Of a stretch of DNA of 64,000 nt, positions 27,769-38,150 are shown in pieces (the stretch's first letter is position 1; the number at the start of each line of letters is the position of its first letter). Location of the stretch: the IMG/VR virus record IMGVR_UViG_3300044908_000045, positions 58,239 through 122,238 of that record; one strand, 5' to 3'. A program made the position numbers and the translations under genes. This DNA is from a virus. The notes beneath the pieces were generated by a model. The model worked only from the letters and a program-made list of their open reading frames with translations. It made no database searches and was not told where the DNA came from.

Positions 27769-28689
27769 TCAGCCGATGAAGTCGCGCACGTCGGCGGCGC
27801 TAAGCCCGTACTGGCGCAACAGGTTTGCCACGCCTTCCGGGTTGTCGCGCACAACCTCGGTTAGCTCGTCCTCGTCATACTCGCGCGGACCAATCTGCCG
27901 ATATTTGCGCCAATCATCGCAATCATCATTGGCCAAAATGATAGGCTCATGGCGTGCGATCCGATGCGGCGCCAAGCCTTTCAGGCTCATGGCGCAGACC
28001 GCATCACGCAGCTCGCACAAATGGCCAACGTCAAGCCATTCGGTCGGACCGTGTTCCCGCTCATAGCCGACACTGAGATTGGTGCACTCGGGAACCAAGT
28101 GAGTGTAATTGGCCGTATCGGTGAAAACGCCGCTGTCGTCCAGCCGATAGGGCAAGTTCAGCCGCTTGATAAAGCCTCGCGCCCATTGGTCGGAACAGCA
28201 GCGATCCCATGATTGATGGGTTATCAACGAGTTTGTCCCTTTGCGATCGAACGCAACCGCGCAATTCATTTCGGCCAGCAGCTCGGGAGTGTAATCGGCA
28301 ATGTAAGCGCTCCCCAAACCGCCCCGCTCCTCGCCCCGGTGGAAGATGTAGAGCCCTGGCCGCTCGGCCAAGATCATTTGCCGCATCAGCCAAACGCCAG
28401 CGCCATCGTCGGCGCCGAGACACATGCCGGCCTTGCCTTTGACCAAGGTAGCGACTCCATCGCGCATATGGATCGTCTGTCGCCCGCCGCGCGCATGCAC
28501 CGTATCAGTGTGGCATGACCAAATGACCGGCATTTGCCCGATCCGCACCATGTGGTTGCCAAAGGCGTCGACCAAGGGTGCCAGCGGCGCCACGTATTCG
28601 TTGACGAAAGCCTGCTCGGCACCACTGCCATAGGGGCGCGCCCAGCTCAGGATCTCGGCAATCTCGTCACTGTCTGTTTTGAAAGTCAT
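27769..28689 (-). CDS. Zn-dependent M28/M20-like peptidase/amidohydrolase
   Basis: CHTDTVH, GADDGAG, GEERG, AFDRKG, YEREH metal-binding motifs. Confidence 0.85.
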   Translation of the reverse strand: MTFKTDSDEIAEILSWARPYGSGAEQAFVNEYVAPLAPLVDAFGNHMVRIGQMPVIWSCHTDTVHARGGRQTIHMRDGVATLVKGKAGMCLGADDGAGVWLMRQMILAERPGLYIFHRGEERGGLGSAYIADYTPELLAEMNCAVAFDRKGTNSLITHQSWDRCCSDQWARGFIKRLNLPYRLDDSGVFTDTANYTHLVPECTNLSVGYEREHGPTEWLDVGHLCELRDAVCAMSLKGLAPHRIARHEPIILANDDCDDWRKYRQIGPREYDEDELTEVVRDNPEGVANLLRQYGLSAADVRDFIG

Positions 28690-28699
28690 TGGTGGTCCC

Positions 28700-30007
28700 C
28701 TATTCCGCTGGCCAAAGGATAATTTCGGTTTGCCTCGGATCGTCGATTGTCGGAGTCGTTGGCGAAAGGACGACTATCCCGTCATCCTCGGGGGAATCGT
28801 CGTCCTCGTCCTCTTCTGGCATGCAAGCATCGCAATAGTGCTCGCCGTGATGGTATTGCAAATCGTGATGTGGAAAATGCTCATCGCATCCATAGCACCG
28901 GCCAAGGTGCCGATTGGCACAACGCTCGCACCAGGTATCGCCATCATGATCAGTGATTGCGTCCTCGCGGTAAACTTCTGTGCTACAGTTGACGCATGAC
29001 GAGAAATGCTCGGAATAACAGTCGTCGCACCAATCATAGCCGTTATCGTCGGTATAACCGCAATCCTCGCGATCGAAACGATCGCCGCAATTGTGGCAAC
29101 GCGCGCGCGTATCCTCAGTCAGCCCGTTAGTATTGCGAGCGTCAATATCGCCTCCGATGCGCAAGAACTCGCCATCATCCTCGACTCCATGGTGCGGATC
29201 ATCGAGGTATGGGCAAACAAAGCCGTTATCGTCCTCGATGCGGAGAAGCTTGGCGCCGTCAAAGGATGGCTCGCTGCGCCGAATGTCACCGAACCCCGCC
29301 GATTCCAGCATAGGGACAAGCTTACCGGCATCCCCATACACACGACCGAAAATCTTGCGAGCCGGCCAGCACAATGCCCGCGCGGTGACATGACCTTTTT
29401 CCGGTTCCAGGTAGGCAATGGCCAAATCGCCTGCGCCATAGACGCGAACGGGATGGCATGAACTGTCGTAATCGTCCGCTGGGTGACACATGCAGGAATT
29501 CGGCCCATGCCGATAGACCCGCTCGATATCGTCCGGTATATCGGCAAAGCGCAATTTGGTCGGATGGTTTTCGATCGCCCATGCCGAGCACCATTCGCGC
29601 ACGTCGTCGTCGTCGAGTTTCAGAACGCTCGCGAGATACTTGCCTGGCCGCATGCGAACCTGGCGATCATCGCGCCCATGCGCCGCGTCTGGCGTAAACG
29701 CTAGTTTTGTCGGGTCGTCTGTGCTAACGTGTGCGAAGTGATTGACGTTGGCAAAGTCGTGATAGCGCCAGGGAACGCCTTTGTAGGTTCCATCATTGAA
29801 CCGTTGCTGTTCGCGCGCTTGCCAGGTGATATCCGCTATTTCATCGGCATCGAGCCGGACAACGCGGAAACGCTCAGCCGTTCCCTGGCGCTTGTGGACA
29901 TCATTTAGATATTTGGCGAGTTCGGCCGCACCCTTGCCGGTGCGTTCGACACAATGGCGTTCGCCATCGCTCACTCGTATGACTGCAAACATTTCGGTCA
30001 TCCCCAT
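28700..30007 (-). CDS. Phage protein with C-terminal tandem CxxC zinc ribbons
   Basis: GPNSCM...ARALCW..GRVYG core, six CxxC pairs and an acidic tail. Confidence 0.65.
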   Translation of the reverse strand: MGMTEMFAVIRVSDGERHCVERTGKGAAELAKYLNDVHKRQGTAERFRVVRLDADEIADITWQAREQQRFNDGTYKGVPWRYHDFANVNHFAHVSTDDPTKLAFTPDAAHGRDDRQVRMRPGKYLASVLKLDDDDVREWCSAWAIENHPTKLRFADIPDDIERVYRHGPNSCMCHPADDYDSSCHPVRVYGAGDLAIAYLEPEKGHVTARALCWPARKIFGRVYGDAGKLVPMLESAGFGDIRRSEPSFDGAKLLRIEDDNGFVCPYLDDPHHGVEDDGEFLRIGGDIDARNTNGLTEDTRARCHNCGDRFDREDCGYTDDNGYDWCDDCYSEHFSSCVNCSTEVYREDAITDHDGDTWCERCANRHLGRCYGCDEHFPHHDLQYHHGEHYCDACMPEEDEDDDSPEDDGIVVLSPTTPTIDDPRQTEIILWPAE

Positions 30008-30015
30008 GTCCGTGT

Positions 30016-30056
30016 GTTGGCAACATCAACATATCATGTAGCGCTAGGCTGTCAAC
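30016..30056 (-). promoter_or_regulatory. Sigma70-like promoter with operator GTTGGCAACATCAAC (30016-30030)
   Basis: TTGACA-N16-TATGTT on the minus strand, directly upstream of 28700..30007. Confidence 0.6.
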
Positions 30057-30195
30057 ACGTATTTGGGCGAATGAGGATATTTATTTGTGGCGGGGAGAGT
30101 CGGAACGCGCAACGCCAGCGAGCGCTGGGATTACCCAACGCTGGCCGGCGGTTTTGTGGAAAGGGCGCCGCTGCGGCGCGCGGTAGTAAGCTCAG

Positions 30196-30516
30196 TCAGC
30201 GGGCGACGATGACCAGCGCCGTTGGAAACGGGATTAACTGCAGCTTGGCAGCGGCGGAAAAGGCTTGTGTGCGCTCACCAAACGTCAAGTCCGGTGGAAT
30301 AGTGCCAAGGTTCTCAATCGTATTCGCCACCGTGTGGCAATCGCCGCCCATACGGTATGCGGTTTCCCGCGCTATGCGATCATACATAGTTGAGCCAGCC
30401 TGCTCATGCGTTGCCGCGTTGGCGCGCAAAGTTTCGCAAAGCAAAGTAGGATGACACATAATCGAGCGTTGGATTACGTCAACTGCCGTTGCTGTGTTAA
30501 GATCGATTGGATACAT
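30196..30516 (-). CDS. Phage hypothetical protein
   Basis: GAGGGA RBS before MYPIDL. Confidence 0.5.
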   Translation of the reverse strand: MYPIDLNTATAVDVIQRSIMCHPTLLCETLRANAATHEQAGSTMYDRIARETAYRMGGDCHTVANTIENLGTIPPDLTFGERTQAFSAAAKLQLIPFPTALVIVAR

Positions 30517-30539
30517 AGCGAGAGTCCCTCTGAGTTGGG

Positions 30540-30842
30540 TTAGGTATTGACGTGCCAGGAATGATGAGTCTCGGTATTGGTGCGCTCGGTCAAGCCCCAA
30601 CGCTTGCCCCGACTGCGGAACCAATCAAGCGCGACAGTAAAATCAGCAAACGTTGTCCGGGCGCAACTGTCGTCATAGAAGCTAACGCTCACGTCTGCAC
30701 CGCGAGGCGATCCGTCGAAAGCGGTTAGCTTTTGCACCGATACAAAGCGCACCCCGATCTTGCCAGCCCTAGAGATAATGCCGCGCAAATTTTTGGAGCG
30801 CTGCACCGTCTCGCCGTTCAATCTGATCTCGATCATGGTCAT
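30540..30842 (-). CDS. Phage hypothetical protein
   Basis: GAGGGG RBS; RSKNLRGI motif. Confidence 0.55.
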   Translation of the reverse strand: MTMIEIRLNGETVQRSKNLRGIISRAGKIGVRFVSVQKLTAFDGSPRGADVSVSFYDDSCARTTFADFTVALDWFRSRGKRWGLTERTNTETHHSWHVNT

Positions 30843-31265
30843 TTTCCCTCTTTGCAGGCTTTCGTGAAACGTTCCATATCGAAACGTGGGTTAGATTTCC
30901 GCAGCACCTCAGCGACGCGGAAAATGATATGGTCTGGCGCGCCAAAGAGCGCTTCCGCTAGGGCTTCAAAATCTTTCTTGGTCATTGTGTCGTCTCCTGG
31001 CTGGGTACACGTAAGCGCTGCGGACAGCGCTTCCGTCTGCTCAGCGGGCAGCTTACCAAAGCTGCAATTTCACGTATCGAGCACCTTCCAACTTCGTGGC
31101 AAGATCATCAATCTGGTCCATTGCCGCTTGATCTTTTACAAGCTCGCGACCTTTCCAATCCTTTACGTACTTGTATGACCGCAGAGCCGCTGTAATTGTC
31201 TCTGTTTCCCAAGCTGTAAGCTTTGCCATCTCTCACTCTCCTATTGCTGGACTGGCGGGTTAGAC

Positions 31266-31487
31266 TCACCAGCTCTCAATTCGAGCCGCGAGCGTTTGTG
31301 TCTGGGATCCTGCGCGTTGCCACATAGTCGCATCGTGGTCGTGGTGGTCATAGTTGCTGCGGATATGTTCCGCTTTCTCATGCGCAATGACTCCGATCGC
31401 ATCGAGCACGCGAGCGAGTCCGCACTCGTCAATCAGGTTTTCAAGCGCGCAGTCTTGTTCTGGCGAAGTGAGCTTGTATGCAAACAT
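31266..31487 (-). CDS. Phage hypothetical protein
   Basis: AAGGGA RBS; downstream of TTGACG-N17-TATATT (31524-31552, minus strand). Confidence 0.55.
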   Translation of the reverse strand: MFAYKLTSPEQDCALENLIDECGLARVLDAIGVIAHEKAEHIRSNYDHHDHDATMWQRAGSQTQTLAARIESW

Positions 31488-31683
31488 CGTGGTTCCCTTG
31501 CGTTGGCGTATCTGACAAACAGGAATATATGCGGCGCTCCATATGCCGTCAAGCCTAAAATGCGCGCGATCAGCCTAATATATACTGAGCGCTCTGCCGT
31601 CCGATTCCGCTCGCGAGGCTATAGCTTTTCCGTCGCGGATATCATACACTTAGCCTCTGATCGGTTCAGACTGCGGTTGCGAC

Positions 31684-32670
31684 ATGACGCGAAAACCCAA
31701 TCTCACCAATAAGATATGGCAGGCCGGGTTCGACGATGGCGCCAAGGGCGCGCGAGCCAAATCCAGGCTTCCCACGTATCTCGCCGGTCACAAAGCCGGA
31801 TCAGACGCCGCTCGCGACGCAAAAGCCATTGCCGATGAAAGACTTAATCCAATCCCGCTCGCACCCAAAATCAGCGCCTCGCCGGCTGTCAGCGAGCCCG
31901 CACCGCAGCCTAAGCCTACCAAGCCCCGTCCCGGCGGTCACAAAGCCCGCCGCGCTCAAATCATCGCACAAACCGATCCGACCTCACCTACCAGCACTCC
32001 CGTAACGCCAAAATCACCTCGTAACGCTACGGCCGAAAGCGACGGGTCGCAGACCTCCCGCAAAATCGCTAAGCCCCAGAAGCCAAAGCGCAAAACCATC
32101 CGACCCGATAACTACACCTTCGGCCGCCCTAGCAAATACAACGAGTCCGTCGCCTCAGAAGTCCTTAACCTCATGCAAGCCGGACTCTCGCTTAGGCGTA
32201 TATGCGCGCTCCCAAACATGCCGCCAGCGTTCTCGGTCTATCACTGGCAAGCAACGCACCCGGACTTCTCTCAACGTTATGCGCGCGCTCAGCTTGATCG
32301 GGCTCAATTCTGGGCTGAGGAGATACTGGACATTTCGGACGATGGGTCTAACGATTGGGTTGAACAGCAGCGGAACGGCAGAACCGTAATGGTTGCCGAT
32401 CATGAGCATATTCAGCGGTCGCGGTTGCGAGTTGACACACGTAAGTTCTTGATGGCAAAGCTAGATCCGAAACGGTGGGGCGATAAGATCCAAGTGGGCG
32501 GCGATGCGGACAATCCGTTACAGATCTCGGTTCGCGATCTAGCCAAGGAACAGCATGCGCTGTCGCCTCCTGAGCTGGCGGCGTTGCAGGCTTTCGCCGA
32601 GGCGCGGCGGAACGCGACCGAGATAGAGTCGAACGACAGTAGCGCGACCGACCCGAGTGAAACCGACTAA
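31684..32670 (+). CDS. terS: Terminase small subunit (Sf6 gp1-like) with long Pro/Lys-rich N-extension
   Basis: GRPSKY, GLSLRRIC..MP....VYHW, YARA, EEILDISDD, RSRLRVDTRKFLMAKLDPKRWGDK. Confidence 0.85.
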   Translation: MTRKPNLTNKIWQAGFDDGAKGARAKSRLPTYLAGHKAGSDAARDAKAIADERLNPIPLAPKISASPAVSEPAPQPKPTKPRPGGHKARRAQIIAQTDPTSPTSTPVTPKSPRNATAESDGSQTSRKIAKPQKPKRKTIRPDNYTFGRPSKYNESVASEVLNLMQAGLSLRRICALPNMPPAFSVYHWQATHPDFSQRYARAQLDRAQFWAEEILDISDDGSNDWVEQQRNGRTVMVADHEHIQRSRLRVDTRKFLMAKLDPKRWGDKIQVGGDADNPLQISVRDLAKEQHALSPPELAALQAFAEARRNATEIESNDSSATDPSETD

Positions 32671-33624
32671 CACGCTGATATAGCTAACGCATTCAGGTTG
32701 TCGCCGTAGTCGTGACAATGGGTGTTATCCCGAATAGCTAAACTCGCCTAGCTGAGCCGGAACTGTGCTGGCCGGCGATCCTGGCACGCTTTGACCCCCG
32801 TATACCCCGCTGGCTGAGTCGGCCTATTGCGTGATTCCGCCCTCGACCTTCGCGAAAAATTCCCAGGAAATTCGGGGAATGTTGGGGGTGTTGACGATTG
32901 TGCTTGATTTTTGCGTTACCGTAACGCTAAATTCCTTAGCATGAGGATTGGCCCGAAGGAGGCTCAGCGGCGAGCGTTACGGGAGCGGGGCGAGTCACGT
33001 TTGGCGCCGAAGATTGTTGACGGGCGGTGCGATGTTCCTGTTGACGCCGGGGACCCGGCAACTGAGGAAGCTGGACCATCTGCGTCGGTTTCGGGTTCAC
33101 GAAGGCGGGGGCGACCTCGGCTTGAGTTGTCTGGCGAGGAGCGTGTAACGCTAAAACGTGAGCAGACGAAGGCTCGCGTTGCGGCGCATCGGGCTAAGCG
33201 GAGGGGGTGATGGGTGAGTTTGAAAGCCGCGACGGGTTTCCGTATTTTTGGTTAGGGGCGGAGGCTGAGAGCATTCCGACCCCGTGGCGGACGGTGTGGC
33301 TTGGGTCGTCCACTGAGGAGCGCGCGCCTGCGCCGAAGTTTGACCGGGCGGCGTACCAGCGGGAGTACATGCGACGGCGGCGTGCGGCCCAGGTGAGGAA
33401 ATCGGAATGAGTTTACCGAGGGTGAGGTGCCCGCGCTGTGGTGGGGATCACTTTGTATGGGGGTGTCCGTCTGTGGGGTTGGTCTTGAAGAGTGAGGGGT
33501 CTTCGAGGGGGCGCGGGGCGGCGTTATGTGCGCCGCCTGGGGAGTGTGAGCATTGCGATCGGCGTCGGGCGTATGCGGCGGCCTCGATGAGGCGGTGGCG
33601 GGCGGAGAAGGCGGGGGATTCGGG

Positions 33625-34467
33625 ATGAGCGACTTGGTTCTTGATCGCGCGCTGGCGGAGCGGGACGAGGCGCGACGGCGGGTTGAGGAATTGACGCATT
33701 TTATAGAGGTGTACCAGGGGTTGGTGGGGGTCGCGGTCCTCCCGATCGAGGCGGTGCCGCGTTTGCGTGGGGTCGGGTCGCCGATTGATTTGGCGGGGCG
33801 GCGGTTTGGGCGGTTGGTAGCGATTGCGCGGTCGGGGCGTGCTGGCAAGGGTCGGCATATTTATTGGGTGTGTCGGTGTGATTGCGGGGTAGAGACGGAG
33901 GCGCGGGGCGATGCGCTGCTAAACGGGTATCACTTGAGTTGCGGGTGTCATCGGGTGGCGGCTTCGGCGGAGCGGGCCACGCGGCAGTCGGCGCTGCAGC
34001 CTCGGGTCAATGGTCACTTTGTGGCATTCCCTGAAACGGTCACGGTTGATGCTGCCTGCGATTATTTGCGAGAGCGGGGGGTTGCGGCCGATCGGCTGGA
34101 TGGGGATCATGTAGTTATTGATGGCGTCGTAGGTGACCGGGTGGATCTCATTCGCGAGGTAAACCGTCATAATGAGCCGCCGGTTGCGATTTCGCTTGGC
34201 GTCTTGATGCCGGAGGTCGAACCCAATCTTGGGCTAGCTAAGAAATGCTGTGCGTGGTGTGGCGGAGCGATGCCTGCGGATCGGGCTCACAAGGTTAGGG
34301 TGAAGTATTGCAACCCGCGGTGTCAGATTGCCGCTCAGAATGATCGCTATCTGCGGCGTCAGCGGTTGATTATGGCTGCGGTGACGGGTGCGATTGGGGT
34401 CGAGAAGGAGGATCGGGATGATTGCGATGCGGACGAATCTGCTGCCGAGGATGGCGCCGCCGGTTGA
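33625..34467 (+). CDS. Multi zinc-finger protein with HNH/AP2-associated N-terminal module
   Basis: DLAGRRFGRLV...WVCRCDCG...SCGC plus CAWCG...YCNPRC; no intact HNH seen. Confidence 0.6.
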   Translation: MSDLVLDRALAERDEARRRVEELTHFIEVYQGLVGVAVLPIEAVPRLRGVGSPIDLAGRRFGRLVAIARSGRAGKGRHIYWVCRCDCGVETEARGDALLNGYHLSCGCHRVAASAERATRQSALQPRVNGHFVAFPETVTVDAACDYLRERGVAADRLDGDHVVIDGVVGDRVDLIREVNRHNEPPVAISLGVLMPEVEPNLGLAKKCCAWCGGAMPADRAHKVRVKYCNPRCQIAAQNDRYLRRQRLIMAAVTGAIGVEKEDRDDCDADESAAEDGAAG

Positions 34468-34596
34468 GGTTGTGGTGCCGCTGAAGGTTGGGGCGCTGCC
34501 GGTGCCGAAGCGGCGGAAGCCGCAGGCGAAGCGCGATCGGAAGGCATACATGCGCGGGTACATGGCGCGGCGGCGAGCTAAGGCGGAGGATGGGGA

Positions 34597-35103
34597 ATGA
34601 GCGAAGGGAGGGTGGAGCGGGTCGCGCGAGCGATTGCGGCGTTACGAAGCTGCTCGCTCGAATGGGGGCCGAAACAGCCGATTTGCGCGTCGTGCAGCAA
34701 CGCTCGCGGGTATTCTGACGATGTGGGTTGCGTGACGCTCGCCCGCGCGGCGATGGCCGCGAGGGATGATCGACGCTGCGCTGGGCGAAGGGGATGGCTG
34801 ATGGTTGACGAGTTGCATGAGAAAATCCGTCGGGCGCAGGTTGCGGCTGGGGAAAGGGTGGTGTGTGAGTATCTCGAAAAATCGGGACTTCTCAAGCCTC
34901 GCGCACCGGCTGACGACGACATCCCCGTTAGCGGCGCGATGATCGAGGCGGGCGCACGCGAGTTGGAGGACGGGCAGGGTTGGCATCGCGGTTGGCTGCA
35001 AAATGCTCCGCAAGTCATGACCGCCATCTACCGCGCGATGGAGCAGGTGCGCCGCGCCGAGGCGGACGCCGAGGTCATTCGGCGGAGTGTGAAGCAGGAT
35101 TAA
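34597..35103 (+). CDS. Phage hypothetical protein
   Basis: VERVARAI...ARAAM and AMIEAG...IYRAM motifs common in phage accessory proteins. Confidence 0.5.
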   Translation: MSEGRVERVARAIAALRSCSLEWGPKQPICASCSNARGYSDDVGCVTLARAAMAARDDRRCAGRRGWLMVDELHEKIRRAQVAAGERVVCEYLEKSGLLKPRAPADDDIPVSGAMIEAGARELEDGQGWHRGWLQNAPQVMTAIYRAMEQVRRAEADAEVIRRSVKQD

Positions 35104-35118
35104 CCAAGGGAGACGACG

Positions 35119-35430
35119 ATGCCGTTTGACGGAACGCAGCTAAACAAGACCGCAGCTCATCTGATGCGGGCTAAGCGCTACATCGAGGAGCACGGGTGGT
35201 GCCCGCTTGGTAACAGAGATGAAGATGGCCGGGTATGTATGGTTGCGGCCCTGGTCGTCGAGGATTACGGCACGGCGCTGCCGGCGCTACGCAGCCTCTT
35301 CGAAGCCGCTGGCGAGGGCGACGTATTTCATCTGGCGCGCTGGAACGACACCCCCGGCCGCACCGTCGAAGAGGTCTACGCCGCGTTCGACCGGGCGATT
35401 GCGCTCGCGATGGAGACGCCCGATGCGTAA
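35119..35430 (+). CDS. DUF6197-like protein, MPFD family
   Basis: GWCP...GRVCMVAAL...WNDTPGRTVEEVYAAFDRAI. Confidence 0.75.
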   Translation: MPFDGTQLNKTAAHLMRAKRYIEEHGWCPLGNRDEDGRVCMVAALVVEDYGTALPALRSLFEAAGEGDVFHLARWNDTPGRTVEEVYAAFDRAIALAMETPDA

Positions 35431-36630
35431 TCTGACGTTGCAACCCCCCACCTTCCCCGCCGAAGTCGTCAAAGATGCCGTTATGTGCGACGCGTGGCGG
35501 GTCGAGAAGCTGGATGCCGATGGCGATGGCGGAGTGGATGTGACGATCTTCGCCGGTCCTGATGCGCAAAAGCGCGCCGAGGAATACGCAATATGGAAAT
35601 ACGGAAGCCAAATCTGAAATGAACCGCATCACCCGTGCCGCGCCCATCGCCGCCGCAGCCGTTGTGTCGCTCTCCATCGCGCTCGCGATGGAGACGGCTG
35701 CTCCGTAAAAATTCCCAGAAATTCTGCGAGGTTGAGGCGATGAGCGACGGGACAGGGGTTGCGGCGCTGTCTTTCTGGGAAGATATCGTGACGGCGCCGA
35801 CTGACGGCACGGCCTTTTACGCCGTTATTCACGGGGTTGACATGGAAAAGTACGACAACCCCGGTCAGGCGGTATGTGTCTTCGATTCGGAGGGGCAGTG
35901 CCGGGTTGCGACGGGATGGGTCAAGTGCGTTGCAACCCGCTGGCATCCGCTGATGCCCGATGTCTGAGATCAGCGAGCGGATGCTGCTGGCGGGCACGCT
36001 GGCGATTGCGAAGAACCGCGGGGTTTCCGAAAAATCCGACAAATTCTACGACCTTGACGATTGGCGCTGGTGCCAAGACGACGCCCGAGAGAGCTATCTG
36101 GCGATGGAGGCTGAGAGACGGCGGGAAGAGACCGAGAACGAACGCCAAATCGCGTGGCTGCGCGACTCAGCAGCCAAGATAAAAAGTGGATCATGACCCC
36201 GTATCAGTGGATTATGCCCTGAGGGGAAATCCGTTATGACCGACAAACCGAAGGCGAGCCTGTGGCAAGGTCTAAAGCGATGGGCGCTCCCCAGGATGAA
36301 TCTGTCGCTCTATGGAGATCGGGATGGACTCTGCGGTGCCGATGCCGCAGTGCTGTGGCTGGGCCGGGCATGGCTGCGCCACAACTTAGAAGAGAGACCG
36401 CAACATGGATAAACCGATCTGAGAGGAAATCATGGACTACCTGATCTGGCCTCTGCTGGCGGCATTCATTGTGACCTGGATCGCCGCGATGCGGATCATG
36501 CGCAGGAAGCAAGTCGAGGGAATGATGGAGATTGTTGCGATGGCTTACAGTGCCGGCCAGGACGCGGGTCAGCCAGCCCCCGGCCCGCATCCCCCGCATG
36601 AACCGGGCGCGATTTGATAGGAAAGGGGGA

Positions 36631-36882
36631 ATGACCGAGCCGACAGAAGCCGATTACGCTGCGACCCGCTCATTGTTGGACGGATGGCCGTTCGACGACA
36701 ATGAGCATTCCTACTATGCGGACATCGGCACATGCACGCTCTACCAGGCGATAGCCTGCAAGATCGCGACCGCCCGTGCGGAGGAGCGCGAGCGCTGTCT
36801 CGGGCATGCGGAAGCGCGAATGAAACTTGACTGGACGGTGGTAGACGAGATTGCCGCCAAGATCAGGAGCGGTGGACCATGA
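36631..36882 (+). CDS. Hypothetical protein, MTEPT paralog 1
   Basis: Shares 17-nt 5' end and 20-nt 3' segment with the next gene; AEERERC. Confidence 0.55.
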   Translation: MTEPTEADYAATRSLLDGWPFDDNEHSYYADIGTCTLYQAIACKIATARAEERERCLGHAEARMKLDWTVVDEIAAKIRSGGP

Positions 36883-37082
36883 CCGAGCCGACAGACCGCC
36901 TCCGCGAAATTGCGACAAAGATCGTGGTCAAATATATCGACCGCGGGGCAAACAAAGAGATCGTCGGGTATGTCGCCGCGTGGCTCGCAACCGCATGCGC
37001 TGAGGAGCGTGAGCGGTGCGCCGCCGAGCTTGACCGACAGCGTCTTCCGTGCCTCGCCGCCAAGATCAGGAGCGGCGAATGA
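36879..37082 (+). CDS. Hypothetical protein, MTEPT paralog 2
   Basis: ATGA coupling; AEERERC...AAKIRSG. Confidence 0.55.
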   Translation: MTEPTDRLREIATKIVVKYIDRGANKEIVGYVAAWLATACAEERERCAAELDRQRLPCLAAKIRSGE

Positions 37083-37429
37083 ACATCATCGAGCAGTGCG
37101 CCAGGTGTTGCCGCGAACAATTTGGCCATAGGCCAGTCCCAGACTGGTGGGAGCAGATGCACCAGGGCGCCCGCGAGCACTGGATTAGCGGGACGAATGC
37201 CGTCCTCGCCGAGTTCGCGCGGCTGGCGCAGAGCGAGGAGATGGTCGAGAAGATCGCCAAAGCGATCTGCGCTGCCGAGGGGCACGACCCCAACGAACTT
37301 GTATTCACAGAAAAGAGTGTTCTGCGCGGCGAGGGCAGGGGCTACGAATATCGTCTTTCGGAAGACTATAGGCCACAAGCTCGTGAGGCCCTCGCCGCAC
37401 TGTTCCACGAAACTGGGGTGATCTCATGA
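37079..37429 (+). CDS. Phage hypothetical protein
   Basis: ATGA coupling; EMVEKIAKAIC...GHDP...QAREAL. Confidence 0.5.
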   Translation: MNIIEQCARCCREQFGHRPVPDWWEQMHQGAREHWISGTNAVLAEFARLAQSEEMVEKIAKAICAAEGHDPNELVFTEKSVLRGEGRGYEYRLSEDYRPQAREALAALFHETGVIS

Positions 37430-37713
37430 TGCCGCTGGCACGCGTTTTAGTATGGCTCGGCATCCCGACCGCTGCGTGGTTTCTGATCGTGTGGCTGGGT
37501 TAGTCTGTCCCAGTCTGCGCGGTAAGCGCGGTGCTCAAACTTTGGTTGATCGCGAGTTGTGCCGCAGCGGGTGGTCCGGCGACGGTCCAGTATTGACCGC
37601 TCTGCATCCGAATGGTGGTGTTGCTGGGACCGTTTGGCCCGACCGATTCGACATGCTCGCCGGAGATGTACTCGATTGTCAGGCTATTCGCCAAGGTGAA
37701 CGGAATCAGCATT

Positions 37714-38073
37714 TTATCGCCAGAACGGCCCGCGCAACGGCGACGGGTCTTCGGCTGGCTCTCGGTTGACCGGGGTTTCAAGCCGTTCCTTCATCACCGC
37801 CAACTCGGCGAGCGCTTGGTCACGCTCATCCAGAGCTGTGTCGCGCTCGATCGTCATCGCCTGTAGCGCACGCCGATGTTCTTCGGTTGCCGCGAGAGCG
37901 GCGAGGAATTTGCTCTCCATCCGCTTCCGAGCCTCGTCGGCTTCGGTGGCTGTGCCGGTCGCGTAATTACCACCGTAGAGCGAGTTGATGGTCAGCGGCA
38001 GAGGCTGATAGAGCAGATTCTGCGTCTGCATCCACGCCTGCTGCATGGCTTGGTTGAAGTTTTGGTCAGCCAT
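37714..38073 (-). CDS. Coiled-coil hypothetical protein
   Basis: GGAG RBS before MADQNF. Confidence 0.45.
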   Translation of the reverse strand: MADQNFNQAMQQAWMQTQNLLYQPLPLTINSLYGGNYATGTATEADEARKRMESKFLAALAATEEHRRALQAMTIERDTALDERDQALAELAVMKERLETPVNREPAEDPSPLRGPFWR

Positions 38074-38150
38074 CGCGATCACTCCCGTTATCCCTTCGAG
38101 CAGACAATACCCGATCGCCCGATCTCGGCGCAATCCCCGCGTTGACCCTC

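Noticed and set aside
33625-34467. Active HNH/AP2 homing endonuclease
   Set aside because: Only the N-terminal zinc module is present; no HNH catalytic motif or AP2 domain seen
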